A stretch of DNA of 64,000 bases, from assembly GCA_965228855.1 (NCBI GenBank), contig CBDDIJ010000005.1, positions 576,001 through 640,000 of the forward strand, given 5' to 3'. The number at the start of each line of letters is the position of its first letter. The first letter of the stretch is position 1. Positions 9,576-19,843 of this stretch are shown in pieces. The translations under genes were made by a program, and so were the position numbers. The DNA is from Candidatus Obscuribacterales bacterium (lineage in GTDB: Bacteria; Cyanobacteriota; Vampirovibrionia; Obscuribacterales; Obscuribacteraceae). The notes beneath the pieces were generated by a model that searched no databases, had not been told where the DNA came from, and saw nothing but the letters and a program-made list of their open reading frames with translations.

Positions 9576-11006
9576 TTAGAAATCGGCAGTTTTGGGTGCG
9601 CGTGGAAACGGTATTACGTCTCGAATGTTGCCCATGCCGGTGACGAATTGAACAGTTCTTTCAAGACCGAGCCCGAATCCTGCATGCGGAACAGTTCCGA
9701 ATTTACGGAGGTCCAGATACCACCAGTATTCTTCCGGATCGAGGTCGCAAGCTTTCATTCGCTCGATAAGGACATCGAGACGCTCCTCTCTCTGACTGCC
9801 GCCGATGATTTCGCCGACTTTCGGAACAAGAACATCCATCGCGCGAACGGTTTTACCATCATCATTCAGGCGCATGTAGAACGCCTTGATGTCTTTTGGA
9901 TAATCGTAAACGATAACCGGCTTCTTGAACTTCTTCTCAGTCAGATAGCGCTCGTGCTCCGACTGGAGATCGATTCCCCAGCTCACCGGGAACTCGAATT
10001 TCTCACCGCACTTCAGCAGAATGTCGACTGCCTCAGTGTACGAAATTCGCACGAAGTCACTGTCGACGATATGCTTCAGAGTCTCGAGCACGGTCTTATC
10101 AATGCGCTCGTTGAAGAATTCCATATCGCTTCCGCAGTTCGTCATGACGTCATTGAAGATCGTCTTCAAGAAATCCTCGGCACACTGCATATCACCTTCC
10201 AGATCGCAGAACGCCATCTCCGGCTCGACCATCCAAAACTCCGCCAGGTGGCGCGAGGTGTTCGAATTCTCAGCCCGGAAGGTCGGACCGAATGTATAAA
10301 CATTCGTGAGGGCAGTAGCGTAAATCTCAGCTTCCAACTGCCCGCTCACAGTGAGGTGAGTGGCACGTCCGAAGAAATCCTGCTCGAAGTCGATGTCGCC
10401 TTTTGCACCGCCCTCGCCGCTGATACGCGGAACGTCCTTAAGATCGAAGGTCGTCACATTGAACATTTGACCAGCGCCTTCGCAGTCAGATGCCGTGATG
10501 ATAGGAGTGTTGATGTAGAGGAACCCACGCGACTGGAAAAAATTATGGATTGAACGGCAAATTTCATTTCTCACCCGAGCGACCGCACCAAAGGTGTTTG
10601 TACGCGGGCGCAGATGAGCTATGCTCCTGAGAAATTCCATCGACGTTCCCTTCTTTTGAAGCGGATACGTTTGCGGGTCAGCATAGCCAAGCACTTTGAC
10701 AGACTCCGCTTTAACCTCGGTCGTCTGTCCTTTGCCAGGAGATTCGACTACGTCACCAATCACCTCGATGCTGCTGCCGATGCCGAGCTTCAAGACTTCG
10801 CTCTCATAGTTCGACAACGCGGCTTCGGCAAGAACCTGAACGCTCTTCATGCAAGAGCCGTCGTTCAATTCGATAAATGAAAAACCGCCTTTAGAGTCTC
10901 GCCGTGTTCTCACCCAACCGGCTAGTTTCACTTTCTTGCCGATGTACTCGGTTTGCAGAACCTGATGGACGCGGGTTTGTTTCATCGTTTCCACACTTGT
11001 GGTCAT
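9576..11006 (-). CDS. asnS: Asparagine--tRNA ligase
   Basis: GWVRTRR OB-fold start, [43 protein letters not shown] and [19 protein letters not shown] before the ATG at 11006. Confidence 0.97.
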   Translation of the reverse strand: MTTSVETMKQTRVHQVLQTEYIGKKVKLAGWVRTRRDSKGGFSFIELNDGSCMKSVQVLAEAALSNYESEVLKLGIGSSIEVIGDVVESPGKGQTTEVKAESVKVLGYADPQTYPLQKKGTSMEFLRSIAHLRPRTNTFGAVARVRNEICRSIHNFFQSRGFLYINTPIITASDCEGAGQMFNVTTFDLKDVPRISGEGGAKGDIDFEQDFFGRATHLTVSGQLEAEIYATALTNVYTFGPTFRAENSNTSRHLAEFWMVEPEMAFCDLEGDMQCAEDFLKTIFNDVMTNCGSDMEFFNERIDKTVLETLKHIVDSDFVRISYTEAVDILLKCGEKFEFPVSWGIDLQSEHERYLTEKKFKKPVIVYDYPKDIKAFYMRLNDDGKTVRAMDVLVPKVGEIIGGSQREERLDVLIERMKACDLDPEEYWWYLDLRKFGTVPHAGFGLGLERTVQFVTGMGNIRDVIPFPRAPKTADF

Positions 11007-11049
11007 ATTTTTCGACTCCTGAATCAAAGTGTTTTCGGCTGGCCCTAAA

Positions 11050-11685
11050 TTAACGCTTGCGAATGAAGAAGACTCCGTCGCGCACCGTCAGTAATACCTT
11101 ATCGACGCGCTCATCTTTAGAAACGCGCTCGTTGAAAGCGTTGATCGCCTTATCGTCATCGGTCTTGGGTTCGAGCACGGCGCCGCTCCAGAGAACATTG
11201 TCGACAAGTATGACGCCTCCGCTTCTTACCTTTGGAAGAAGCGCTTCGTAGTAGTTTAGATAGTTTCCCTTGTCCGCATCTATGAAACAAAGGTCAATCG
11301 GGCCCTCGATTTTCGCGATCGATTCAAGCGCGGGACCTTCGATGATTTCAATCTTTTTGCCATGCTCGCTCTTCGCGAAATATTTGCGGGCAAGAGCCAA
11401 ACAAGTTGGATTGATATCGAGCGTGGTCAGTTTACCGTCGGACGGCAGACCTTCGGCGAGGTTTAAAGAGCCATAGCCGGTAAACGTACCGACCTCCACC
11501 ACACGCTTGGCGCCAACGACTCGCACCATCATCTTGAGAAACTGACCTTCGATAGGTCCGGTCAGCATCTGCGGATAGTCCATTGATGCGTGCGTTTCAT
11601 TCATCAGTTCATCAAGAACCGCATCGTGCTTCTCGGTTTTTCCCAGGGCATACTCTTCGATGCCCGGCTTAGTGAGCGTCAGCAT
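11050..11685 (-). CDS. SAM-dependent O-methyltransferase (caffeoyl-CoA/catechol OMT family)
   Basis: [19 protein letters not shown] and VDNVLWSG motifs. Confidence 0.92.
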   Translation of the reverse strand: MLTLTKPGIEEYALGKTEKHDAVLDELMNETHASMDYPQMLTGPIEGQFLKMMVRVVGAKRVVEVGTFTGYGSLNLAEGLPSDGKLTTLDINPTCLALARKYFAKSEHGKKIEIIEGPALESIAKIEGPIDLCFIDADKGNYLNYYEALLPKVRSGGVILVDNVLWSGAVLEPKTDDDKAINAFNERVSKDERVDKVLLTVRDGVFFIRKR

Positions 11686-11832
11686 GGCTCGTCACCTCCA
11701 TTGATTCAAAGATTTATATCAGATAAGCAGTGGAAACAGCCTTAACTCTCGGTTTTCTTAAACCTCCCACTTGCCAATCCCGAAGAGATGTAAACCTGGC
11801 TATAGCAGGTTTTCAGCCTATATGGTATTTTC

Positions 11833-11852
11833 TTGACTGACGAGTCAGTAAA
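11833..11852. promoter_or_regulatory. Probable TetR operator palindrome
   Basis: ACTGAC-GA-GTCAGT (11836-11849) immediately upstream of the tetR RBS and start codon, the usual autoregulatory position. Confidence 0.6.
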
Positions 11853-11868
11853 TTAATCCGAGGTAAGT

Positions 11869-12531
11869 TTGACAAATACGCTCAACAAACGAGGACCGGG
11901 GCGCCCACGCAATCTTGAACTGACCAGCCAGCGTCAGGAGGAAATACTCGCGACTGCGACCGAGGTTTTCGCGGACAGAGGTTACGCCAGCACCGATGTT
12001 CAAGAAATAGCTGACCGCCTCGGTATCGCCAAAGGAACGGTATATCACTACTTCCCGAGCAAGGAGCAGTTATTTCTTGCGTCCGTTGATCGTGGAATGG
12101 CAGGCTTGAGCAGAGCCATTAACGAAGGATTCGACCCGAAAACCGATCCGATTAAACAGATTGCTCAGGCTATTCGAGCCTTCCTTCAATACTTCGACAC
12201 GAACACCGATGTAATTGAGTTGATTGTGCAAGAACGCGCTGAGTTTCGCGATCGCAAAAAGCCTACATATCTGGAACACAGAGAACGCAACGTGCGCCCA
12301 TGGAATGAGCTTTTTGAAACTCTCTCACTCAATGGCCGGTTCAAACCAATCAATGCCGAGCAAGTCACTCAGACAATCAGTAATCTGTTGTACGGAACAA
12401 TTTTCACAACCTATTTCGCGCGACACGGCCAATCATTCGAGTCGTTGTCGAACCAGGTACTCAAGCTCGTCTTCGCAGGCATCTTGAGCGAATCGGAGAT
12501 GGCCAACATCGACAAATATTTGGAAGTTTGA
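11869..12531 (+). CDS. TetR/AcrR-family transcriptional regulator
   Basis: ILATATEVFADRGY...IADRLGIAKGTVYHYFPSKEQL HTH; TTG start with GAGGT RBS. Confidence 0.93.
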   Translation: MTNTLNKRGPGRPRNLELTSQRQEEILATATEVFADRGYASTDVQEIADRLGIAKGTVYHYFPSKEQLFLASVDRGMAGLSRAINEGFDPKTDPIKQIAQAIRAFLQYFDTNTDVIELIVQERAEFRDRKKPTYLEHRERNVRPWNELFETLSLNGRFKPINAEQVTQTISNLLYGTIFTTYFARHGQSFESLSNQVLKLVFAGILSESEMANIDKYLEV

Positions 12532-12581
12532 TTGAAGTAAATTCTTAAATTGGAAACATTATAGAGGCGTTAAGGAAGCAA

Positions 12582-14117
12582 ATGGTTCAGCAAATACCAC
12601 GAACTGATGAAACAGATAACAAGACAGTCAAACACGGCATGGAGTCTCAAATGTCAAGTTTCGGCAAGAAAAACTGGAAGCTAATCGCAATTGTGATTTC
12701 GCTTCTAGCTTGCACCGCTCTCGGTATCAGAATTTTTCAAAACTTTTCCAAACCGATCAAAGATGATGGCGACGAAGCCGTACTGACCGTCACTGTCGAA
12801 GATGCCAGTCAAAAAGAAATACACCAGACGCTGAAACTGGCCGGCACCGTCTGGGCTTGGGACCCTCTGACCATCGGAGCCGAAGTCGGCGGACTGAGAA
12901 TAGATGAGGTTGCAGTCGAAGAAGGTGACGTCGTTAAGAAAGGACAGGTTCTCGCCAGGCTCAATTCATCTGTGATTCGCGCACAGCTTGAAAAGGAACG
13001 AGCCCGGCTTCAACACGCCAGAATCAATCTGGAAAAAACAAAACAACCGAACCGTCCAATGGATATAAACAGAATCAAAGCAATCGTGGCACAGGCAACC
13101 GCCATCGTTTCACAAGAGGAATCAAACGTCGTCAGGGCGCAAGCCAACTTGAGAAACGCGAAGCTGTCATCGGCCAGATACAAGATCTTGAAAAAGGACG
13201 GAGCTGTTTCAACCGAGGATTTGGATAATAAGGAAACAGCAGCAGCAACAGCTGAAGCGGATTATCGCAACGCGCTTCAAAAACTGGAAGCAGCACGTTT
13301 TGCAAAAACTCAAGCCACTGAAAACTTGAAACTTGCGCTGGAAGGCGGCATGCAACACGACATCGATATGGCTTCCGTCGACATTTTAGAAACGGAAGCG
13401 AGCGTTAAACAGCTCGAAGCGCAGGTCGCGCAGACTATAATCAAGGCGCCAGCCAGCGGATTAATTACAAAACGACTCGCACACATCGGCGACGTTACCA
13501 TGGCAAACGAAGACCTCTTCCAAATGGTAAGAGATAATCGATTCGAGGTCCGCGCCCAGGTACCCGATCAAGATTTGCATCGTCTCAAAAGCGGACAAAT
13601 AGTTCATTTTCAAGGCGCCGCCGGCGAAGTTATGAACGGTAAAATCCGAGAAATTAGCCCTCTTGTCGACTCGGACTCACGACTGGCAACAGTTCGCATC
13701 GACATACCGTACGACCCGCAAAGCGGCTGGAGAGCAGGTATGTTTGTCAGCGGCAAAGTCGATCTCGGCGCGGTCCGAGCACTCGTAGTGCCGGCGCCTT
13801 CCGTCGTCGACAAAGACGGCCGCAAAATTGTTTACGTGCTGGATAAAAAGCGAGTCTATTCCAGAGAGGTTAAGACCGGCGAGCGCTCCGGCGAATTCGT
13901 CGAAATTGAATCCGGTTTGAAACCGGGAGAAAAAGTTGTCACTACAGGTAGTGGCTTCTTGAAAGACGGAGATCATGTGCGGATTGGCGAACACCAGGCG
14001 CCCAGACCGGGAACGAAAAACGCTCAATCAGCTGTTTCCAATGATAATGATTCTCCGAGTCAAGTCTCCAGCGTCAGGGAGTCACACCAAGCCAACGGAG
14101 AAACAGTCAGCAGATGA
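12582..14117 (+). CDS. RND efflux periplasmic adaptor (membrane fusion protein)
   Basis: TM anchor, lipoyl half-motifs VEEGDVVKKGQVLARL and IKAPASGLI, long helical hairpin, GLKPGEKVV; stop overlaps the next start (ATGA). Confidence 0.92.
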   Translation: MVQQIPRTDETDNKTVKHGMESQMSSFGKKNWKLIAIVISLLACTALGIRIFQNFSKPIKDDGDEAVLTVTVEDASQKEIHQTLKLAGTVWAWDPLTIGAEVGGLRIDEVAVEEGDVVKKGQVLARLNSSVIRAQLEKERARLQHARINLEKTKQPNRPMDINRIKAIVAQATAIVSQEESNVVRAQANLRNAKLSSARYKILKKDGAVSTEDLDNKETAAATAEADYRNALQKLEAARFAKTQATENLKLALEGGMQHDIDMASVDILETEASVKQLEAQVAQTIIKAPASGLITKRLAHIGDVTMANEDLFQMVRDNRFEVRAQVPDQDLHRLKSGQIVHFQGAAGEVMNGKIREISPLVDSDSRLATVRIDIPYDPQSGWRAGMFVSGKVDLGAVRALVVPAPSVVDKDGRKIVYVLDKKRVYSREVKTGERSGEFVEIESGLKPGEKVVTTGSGFLKDGDHVRIGEHQAPRPGTKNAQSAVSNDNDSPSQVSSVRESHQANGETVSR

Positions 14118-17100
14118 ATCTCCGTTATATCTCAGCATGGTCCATTAAGAACCCGGTGCCTGTGCTGGTTCTCTTCCTGGTACTTACGGTCGCGGGTCTG
14201 ACGTGCTTCTTCGGATTAGGCATCGACGAATCGCCGAATATCGACGTCCCGATTGTTTCCATCACGGTCAACCAGGTCGGAGCAGCCCCTCCTGAGCTGG
14301 AATCGCAGGTAACCAGAAAAATCGAAGATGCGGTAGCCGGCATCGGTAACGTCAAACACATAGTCTCCAAAGTCAATGAAGGCGTTTCTGCAACAACTAT
14401 CGAGTTTGAACTCGAAACCGACGTAGACCGCGCCGTCAACGACGTTCGCAATGAAGTTTCGAAAATTAGAACGCAACTGCCGCCCGGAATTGATGAACCC
14501 ATTGTTCAAAGGCTCGACTTCGTCGGCGGTCCCTTCGTGACCTATTCGGTCTCTTCGGACAGGCGTGGAGTAGAAGAACTCAGCTGGATTACGGACAACG
14601 AGATTTCGCGCGCATTGCTCGGCATCAAAGGGGTCGGTCAGGTCGAAAGAGCCGGCGGTGTGGACCGAGAAATTCGCGTCAACCTGGATCCAGCAAGGCT
14701 GGAGTCACTGGGCATTACGGCGGACATGGTCAGCACCCAGGTTCGCGGCGTCAACACGAACCTCCCCGGCGGTCGCGGCGAAGTCGGCGCTCAGGAAGAG
14801 TCCGTCAGGACGCTGGGAAGCGCCCCCTCGGCAGAAAAGCTGGCAGCTACGAGGATTGCCCTGCCTAGAGGTAGATGGGCAAGACTGGACACGCTCGGCA
14901 AGGTTAGCGACTCTTCGACCGACCAGCGCCAGCTTGCCATGATTGATAACAAGCCGGTTATCTCGTTTTCCATCGTCCGCAGCTCCGGCGCCAATATGGT
15001 GACGGTAGAGGAAGCCGTAGACGAAAAGTTGGAGGCGCTAGAGAAATCACTTCCACCCGATATAAAAATCAAGAAGATAAGAAGTCAAACCATTTTCGTG
15101 CACATGTCCTACCATGCCGCTCTCGACTCTCTTTTGATAGGCGGCGGACTTGCGGTTTTGGTAGTGTGGCTCTTCTTAAAGGACTGGCGGTCCGCAGTTA
15201 TTTCATCACTGGCAATGCCACTATCTCTGATACCGACTTTTGCCGTCATGAAAGTAGCCGGTTTTACGATGAACAATATGTCACTCCTTGGGCTGGCGCT
15301 CGTTATCGGTGTTCTGGTGGATGATGCGATTGTTGAAATCGAAAACATCGTCCGCCACATGAGCATGGGCAAAAAACCATTTCAGGCCGCATTCGACGCC
15401 GCAGACGAAATCGGTCTTGCCGTCGTGGCTACGACAATGACGATTATCGTCGTCTTCGTACCCGTCGCATTCATGGGCGGTATTCCCGGAAAATTCCTCT
15501 GGCAATTCGGCTTGACCGTCGCCGCAGCAGTTTTCTTTTCGTTGGTTGTCGCGCGCATGCTGACACCATTGATGGCGGCATATTTACTCACTCCCGTTAA
15601 GGAAACGCATGGAAATGCGGCCGCTCTGCGAGCTTACAACCGAATACTGATCTGGTCGTTGAACAACAGATGGAAGACAGTAGCAGTGGGAGTCGCATTT
15701 TTCGCGCTCAGCATAGTTCTCTTCCGCATGATGCCTACGTCGGTTATAGGCAACATCGACCGAGGCGAAAGCATGCTCATCGTCGAGATGCCGCCCGGAA
15801 CACAGCTCGCCGACACTGAACGAGCCGTGAAACATCTGACCAATCTTTGTCTAAAAGATAAAAACGTGCAATCAGTTTTTTCACAAATCGGGTCCGGCAT
15901 GGCTGCAAACCGTCGCAGCGCCGCGACAGCGGGTGAAGTCAACAAAGGCACACTCTACATCTCGTTAAAACCGCGCGACAAACGTCAACTTTCCCAACAA
16001 GACTTTGAAGCTGAAATTAGAGGCAAACTGCTTGACGTACCCGGAGCCAGACTGAGTTTTGAAGCACGCGGCGGCATAACCGGAAAGTTAAAACTGATTC
16101 TGGTCGGCAACGACACATCCGTATTGCGACACTACACGGAAAAACTGACCGATGAGATGCGAGGCATCGCCGGCATCAACGATATAGTCTCGACTGCAGC
16201 TTTGGAACGACCGGAGATTCAGGTGTATCCCAACTTCGATCGAGCCTCCGAACAGGGCATCTCAGTCGAATCAATAGCACGAACAGCCTTGATTGCCACC
16301 CTTGGTGATATCGACCGAAATCTTCCGAAATTCAATCTGCCTGAGCGCCAGATCAATATACGCGTGCAAATTGATCCGAAGTATCGAGAAGACGTTCACA
16401 CTGTAAAGAACCTGAGAGTCGCCGCAGCTGATGGCAGTTTAGTACCACTGGTTTCGGTTGCCGACATCAAATTCGCATCCGGTGAAGCTCAAATCGACCG
16501 CTACGATCGATACCGTCAAGTCACTATCGACGCCAGTCTCGCCAATGGCTTGCCCCTGGGCGAGGCGTTAAAAAAAGTGCAAGCCTTGCCGTCGTGGAAA
16601 GAAATGCCGAAAACGGTACGCAATATTCCAGCCGGTGACGTCGAAATCCAAAAGGATATCTTCGGTGGTTTCGCATGGGCCCTGACCGTCGGCGTCCTGC
16701 TTATCTATGGAGTCCTCGCCTTACTCTTCGGCGGCTTCTTGCACCCACTCACGATCATGATGTCACTGCCTCTGGCGTTGGGCGGCGCATTAATCGCCCT
16801 TTGTATCACCGGCGACTCACTCGGATTTTACGCACTGATTGGAATCGTGATGTTGATGGGTCTGGTGACTAAGAACGCAATCTTGCTCGTCGAATATTGC
16901 TTGATGGCAATGCACGCAGGCAAAGATCGTTTAACCGCCATTATGGAGGCGGGAGAGGCTCGTATGAGACCCATCCTTATGACGACGGTCGCCATGGTCG
17001 CGGGGATGTTACCGATCGCTATTCGCATAGGCGCAGGTTCCGAAGCGCGAGCGCCGATGGCAATTGCCGTTATTGGCGGTTTGATTACATCAACGCTCTT

Positions 17101-17344
17101 GACTCTCGTTGTCATTCCTGTCGTTTTCACTCTGATTGACGACGCACAAAACTGGCTACGCAAGCTGTTTGTCAAGCTCAATCTCAATAGCGCTGACGAA
17201 CTTGACGAGTCGTCAATGAATGCGGCTGAGAGCCCCAGACCTCAATACGGAAATAATGCCGGCACCACAGCTAGTGGCAGCCAGCACAGTGAAAACCAGC
17301 AGCGTGAAACTGCAGAGCCTCAAACATCGGTGTCGCGCCACTAG
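14114..17344 (+). CDS. RND efflux permease (AcrB/AcrD/AcrF family)
   Basis: 1076 aa; GVLVDDAIVEIENI, GLVTKNAILLVE and RMRPILMTT motifs. Confidence 0.95.
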   Translation: MNLRYISAWSIKNPVPVLVLFLVLTVAGLTCFFGLGIDESPNIDVPIVSITVNQVGAAPPELESQVTRKIEDAVAGIGNVKHIVSKVNEGVSATTIEFELETDVDRAVNDVRNEVSKIRTQLPPGIDEPIVQRLDFVGGPFVTYSVSSDRRGVEELSWITDNEISRALLGIKGVGQVERAGGVDREIRVNLDPARLESLGITADMVSTQVRGVNTNLPGGRGEVGAQEESVRTLGSAPSAEKLAATRIALPRGRWARLDTLGKVSDSSTDQRQLAMIDNKPVISFSIVRSSGANMVTVEEAVDEKLEALEKSLPPDIKIKKIRSQTIFVHMSYHAALDSLLIGGGLAVLVVWLFLKDWRSAVISSLAMPLSLIPTFAVMKVAGFTMNNMSLLGLALVIGVLVDDAIVEIENIVRHMSMGKKPFQAAFDAADEIGLAVVATTMTIIVVFVPVAFMGGIPGKFLWQFGLTVAAAVFFSLVVARMLTPLMAAYLLTPVKETHGNAAALRAYNRILIWSLNNRWKTVAVGVAFFALSIVLFRMMPTSVIGNIDRGESMLIVEMPPGTQLADTERAVKHLTNLCLKDKNVQSVFSQIGSGMAANRRSAATAGEVNKGTLYISLKPRDKRQLSQQDFEAEIRGKLLDVPGARLSFEARGGITGKLKLILVGNDTSVLRHYTEKLTDEMRGIAGINDIVSTAALERPEIQVYPNFDRASEQGISVESIARTALIATLGDIDRNLPKFNLPERQINIRVQIDPKYREDVHTVKNLRVAAADGSLVPLVSVADIKFASGEAQIDRYDRYRQVTIDASLANGLPLGEALKKVQALPSWKEMPKTVRNIPAGDVEIQKDIFGGFAWALTVGVLLIYGVLALLFGGFLHPLTIMMSLPLALGGALIALCITGDSLGFYALIGIVMLMGLVTKNAILLVEYCLMAMHAGKDRLTAIMEAGEARMRPILMTTVAMVAGMLPIAIRIGAGSEARAPMAIAVIGGLITSTLLTLVVIPVVFTLIDDAQNWLRKLFVKLNLNSADELDESSMNAAESPRPQYGNNAGTTASGSQHSENQQRETAEPQTSVSRH

Positions 17345-17356
17345 GCACGCCACAGA

Positions 17357-19735
17357 CTATTGTTCAGCCTCATCCTTCCTGGCTTTGCGCAGGTACTCCC
17401 AGTCTTTGTTATATTGCTCGATCGTTTTACGAACATTGTCCTGCAAACTTGCCGGCAGCCTATCGACCATTCGCTCGTAGGTGTCCATTGTTACCTGCCG
17501 GGCGCGCTCGTCAACCTGTTTTCCGCTGCCCTCCTGGATTAGCGCCCAATTAGCGAAACTGGCACCCATGACGCCTTTGAGACCCGCGGCATTTTGTTCC
17601 GGCGTCTGACTATACCAGCGCTCATCCAGCCGTCCCAGCCACTGACTGGGTGTAACGCGCCTGGTGGCATTGTACAGGTCGTGAACGTCGATCGGTTTGC
17701 TTACCCGATCGTTCACATCTCCCCACTGATTGTCGAGCTGAGCCATCCCGGTCTTTGGATCAAAACCGACAATTCTAACGGCATGCCCGTCTTGCATAAA
17801 ACTCTCGACACTCGACGCTCCGTCGAAAGGTGTGGCGCCGATTTGCTTCATGAGGTCGTAGAAGGGCTCCGCATTAGAGAACACCGCTAAGCCCACGGAC
17901 ATCGGCTTACCCTCAGCCTTTGCAGCGGTAAGCCGATCGATCAAATCCTGAGCGCTTGTGAAGGTGACGTCCTTCGGAGCTTTGTCGTCCCCGACGTCAT
18001 CGCTCGCTATAAACACGTTTGATTCGTCTTTACCATTCAGCAAGTATGCAGTTTCATTTATCCCCATTACGGTTGCAGCACCACCAGGGGTGCCCTTACT
18101 CTTATCGCCCATCGCTGTCTTGTTGTAATCAATCAGGCGCTCACCTGTATCGGTCGGGTCGCTTGGCTTAACTTGCGCGTAACGCGTATCGCCGGGAGGG
18201 ACCTTCCCTTCATTTTCGCGTGTATGAAAAGCATTGCCCGCGGTTACTTGAAAAATCTGCGACGCATAGGACCGCACATTCTCGCCGCGCGTCGGGTTGG
18301 TCGCACCTTCTCCGTGAGCGCGCAGATCAGCCGGCTCCATACGTACCACGGTGCCATCCGCAGCAACAAATTTGCCGGTAGTGGCTACGTCTGCGAGCAG
18401 TCTTGCGTTCATGGAAGGCTCCCGAGAATATGCTCGATTTTCCAAAACCTGCATATTACACGTGTTATGCGCCCCCTGGTTTCCGGACTCCGGATACGCG
18501 GCACCACGCATGATACCAATTGCCAGACGTGCACGCTCGCGCGAAGTCATCGGCTGGCCCGGACCGCCAGCCTCCAGAATGCGAGAGACCTCAGCGAAGG
18601 TTTGAGCGACTTCGCTCTCCGGCAATCCATTGCGCTTCGCCGTCTTAATGAACTCCTGCATGTCATTTTTGAACTGCTCGCGTTCATTCTTGAGTCCAAG
18701 ACCTTTGTTGGCAAGCGCGTCTAATCGCCGCGATTCGGTATCTAAATCCTGCGCCGGCTTATGTGCCGGATCGACACGATCGTTGCTGACGATCTTGCCC
18801 TCCTTATCGAGAACAACAGTGTAATTATCTTGCGGTTTGGAACCAAAGTACTTTTTGGTTATGCCGCCATCCTCATTCGGTGAGCGCTCAAATCCGGTTC
18901 CGTCGAGATAACTGACCTTCATTTTTCCGTCGTCGGTAACTTTGTACGTGGTTCCGCGATGGTCCTTGTACAGGTCGGCACCATCTGTGGTGTATCCGGG
19001 CAGGCGCAAAATTTCGCCTTTCTGACCTTCGTACGTGTCGGCATCGCGCCCAGCCAGGAATTTTTGATTGGAGTCGACAATGTGCTGAACGTGAACGTCA
19101 ATTTCGTCCTGCGTTGCCTTGGGACCAAGATGTTTACGCGCGATGTCGTCCAGAGTCTCACCGGGCTTGACTTCATATTTCTGCGGTCGGACGTTCATCT
19201 TTAGAAATCCGCCGTCATACGATTTACCAAGCCCGAAGTCGACAGGCCCGGAGGGTGCATCCTCAACCAGATCATCTCGGTTGATCGTGATTCCGAATAG
19301 CTTCTCCGGAAAATCCTTGACCTCGGAAGCGTCTACTTCGGGAGTTGGATTGACCGCCTGCGCAACGTCGGAAGCATCCTGGCTCCCATCAGCCGGCACG
19401 ACTTCGGCCGCTTCAGCTGACTGGTCAGCAGCTCCTGCGGGCGGGATGAAAATCATATCCGGCTTCTCGCTCGGTTTAGTATCGCCCGGTCCGTCCACGA
19501 TACCGAAACCATCATCGCCCGCTGTTGCGCCCTCTTGCACTGGCTTAGCCGGAGCAATTCCAGCGTCAACATAGCTCGTCAAAGCCTGGTCGACCAGCGT
19601 GGACCGCGCGGCGCTCGAATCGGTAGCTTGATCACGAGCGTTGTCGCCGCTGGTCGTGGTCGTGTTATCGGTAGACGTTGTCGGCGGTGCCTTAACGTCC
19701 TTTTCCGGCGCAGCTTTAGCTTCGACTGTTGCCAT
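17357..19735 (-). CDS. LysM-domain protein with putative papain-like cysteine peptidase domain
   Basis: LysM-like YEVKPGETLDDIARKHL...EILRLP; NQGAHNTC (C426), GHAVRIVGFD (H651) and LDNQWG (N669). Confidence 0.7.
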   Translation of the reverse strand: MATVEAKAAPEKDVKAPPTTSTDNTTTTSGDNARDQATDSSAARSTLVDQALTSYVDAGIAPAKPVQEGATAGDDGFGIVDGPGDTKPSEKPDMIFIPPAGAADQSAEAAEVVPADGSQDASDVAQAVNPTPEVDASEVKDFPEKLFGITINRDDLVEDAPSGPVDFGLGKSYDGGFLKMNVRPQKYEVKPGETLDDIARKHLGPKATQDEIDVHVQHIVDSNQKFLAGRDADTYEGQKGEILRLPGYTTDGADLYKDHRGTTYKVTDDGKMKVSYLDGTGFERSPNEDGGITKKYFGSKPQDNYTVVLDKEGKIVSNDRVDPAHKPAQDLDTESRRLDALANKGLGLKNEREQFKNDMQEFIKTAKRNGLPESEVAQTFAEVSRILEAGGPGQPMTSRERARLAIGIMRGAAYPESGNQGAHNTCNMQVLENRAYSREPSMNARLLADVATTGKFVAADGTVVRMEPADLRAHGEGATNPTRGENVRSYASQIFQVTAGNAFHTRENEGKVPPGDTRYAQVKPSDPTDTGERLIDYNKTAMGDKSKGTPGGAATVMGINETAYLLNGKDESNVFIASDDVGDDKAPKDVTFTSAQDLIDRLTAAKAEGKPMSVGLAVFSNAEPFYDLMKQIGATPFDGASSVESFMQDGHAVRIVGFDPKTGMAQLDNQWGDVNDRVSKPIDVHDLYNATRRVTPSQWLGRLDERWYSQTPEQNAAGLKGVMGASFANWALIQEGSGKQVDERARQVTMDTYERMVDRLPASLQDNVRKTIEQYNKDWEYLRKARKDEAEQ

Positions 19736-19843
19736 GTGATAGCGATTCCACAGATCTGCTTTCCCGGATCTTTAATACCCAATATCTCGATGTTTTAGAC
19801 CCTGGCGGTCGTAGGATTCGAACCGTATTGAAGCCCGCGACGC

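Noticed and set aside
8657..10553. Long plus-strand ORFs (248 aa and 330 aa)
   Set aside because: They lie antisense to the methyltransferase and asnS, which carry clear family motifs.
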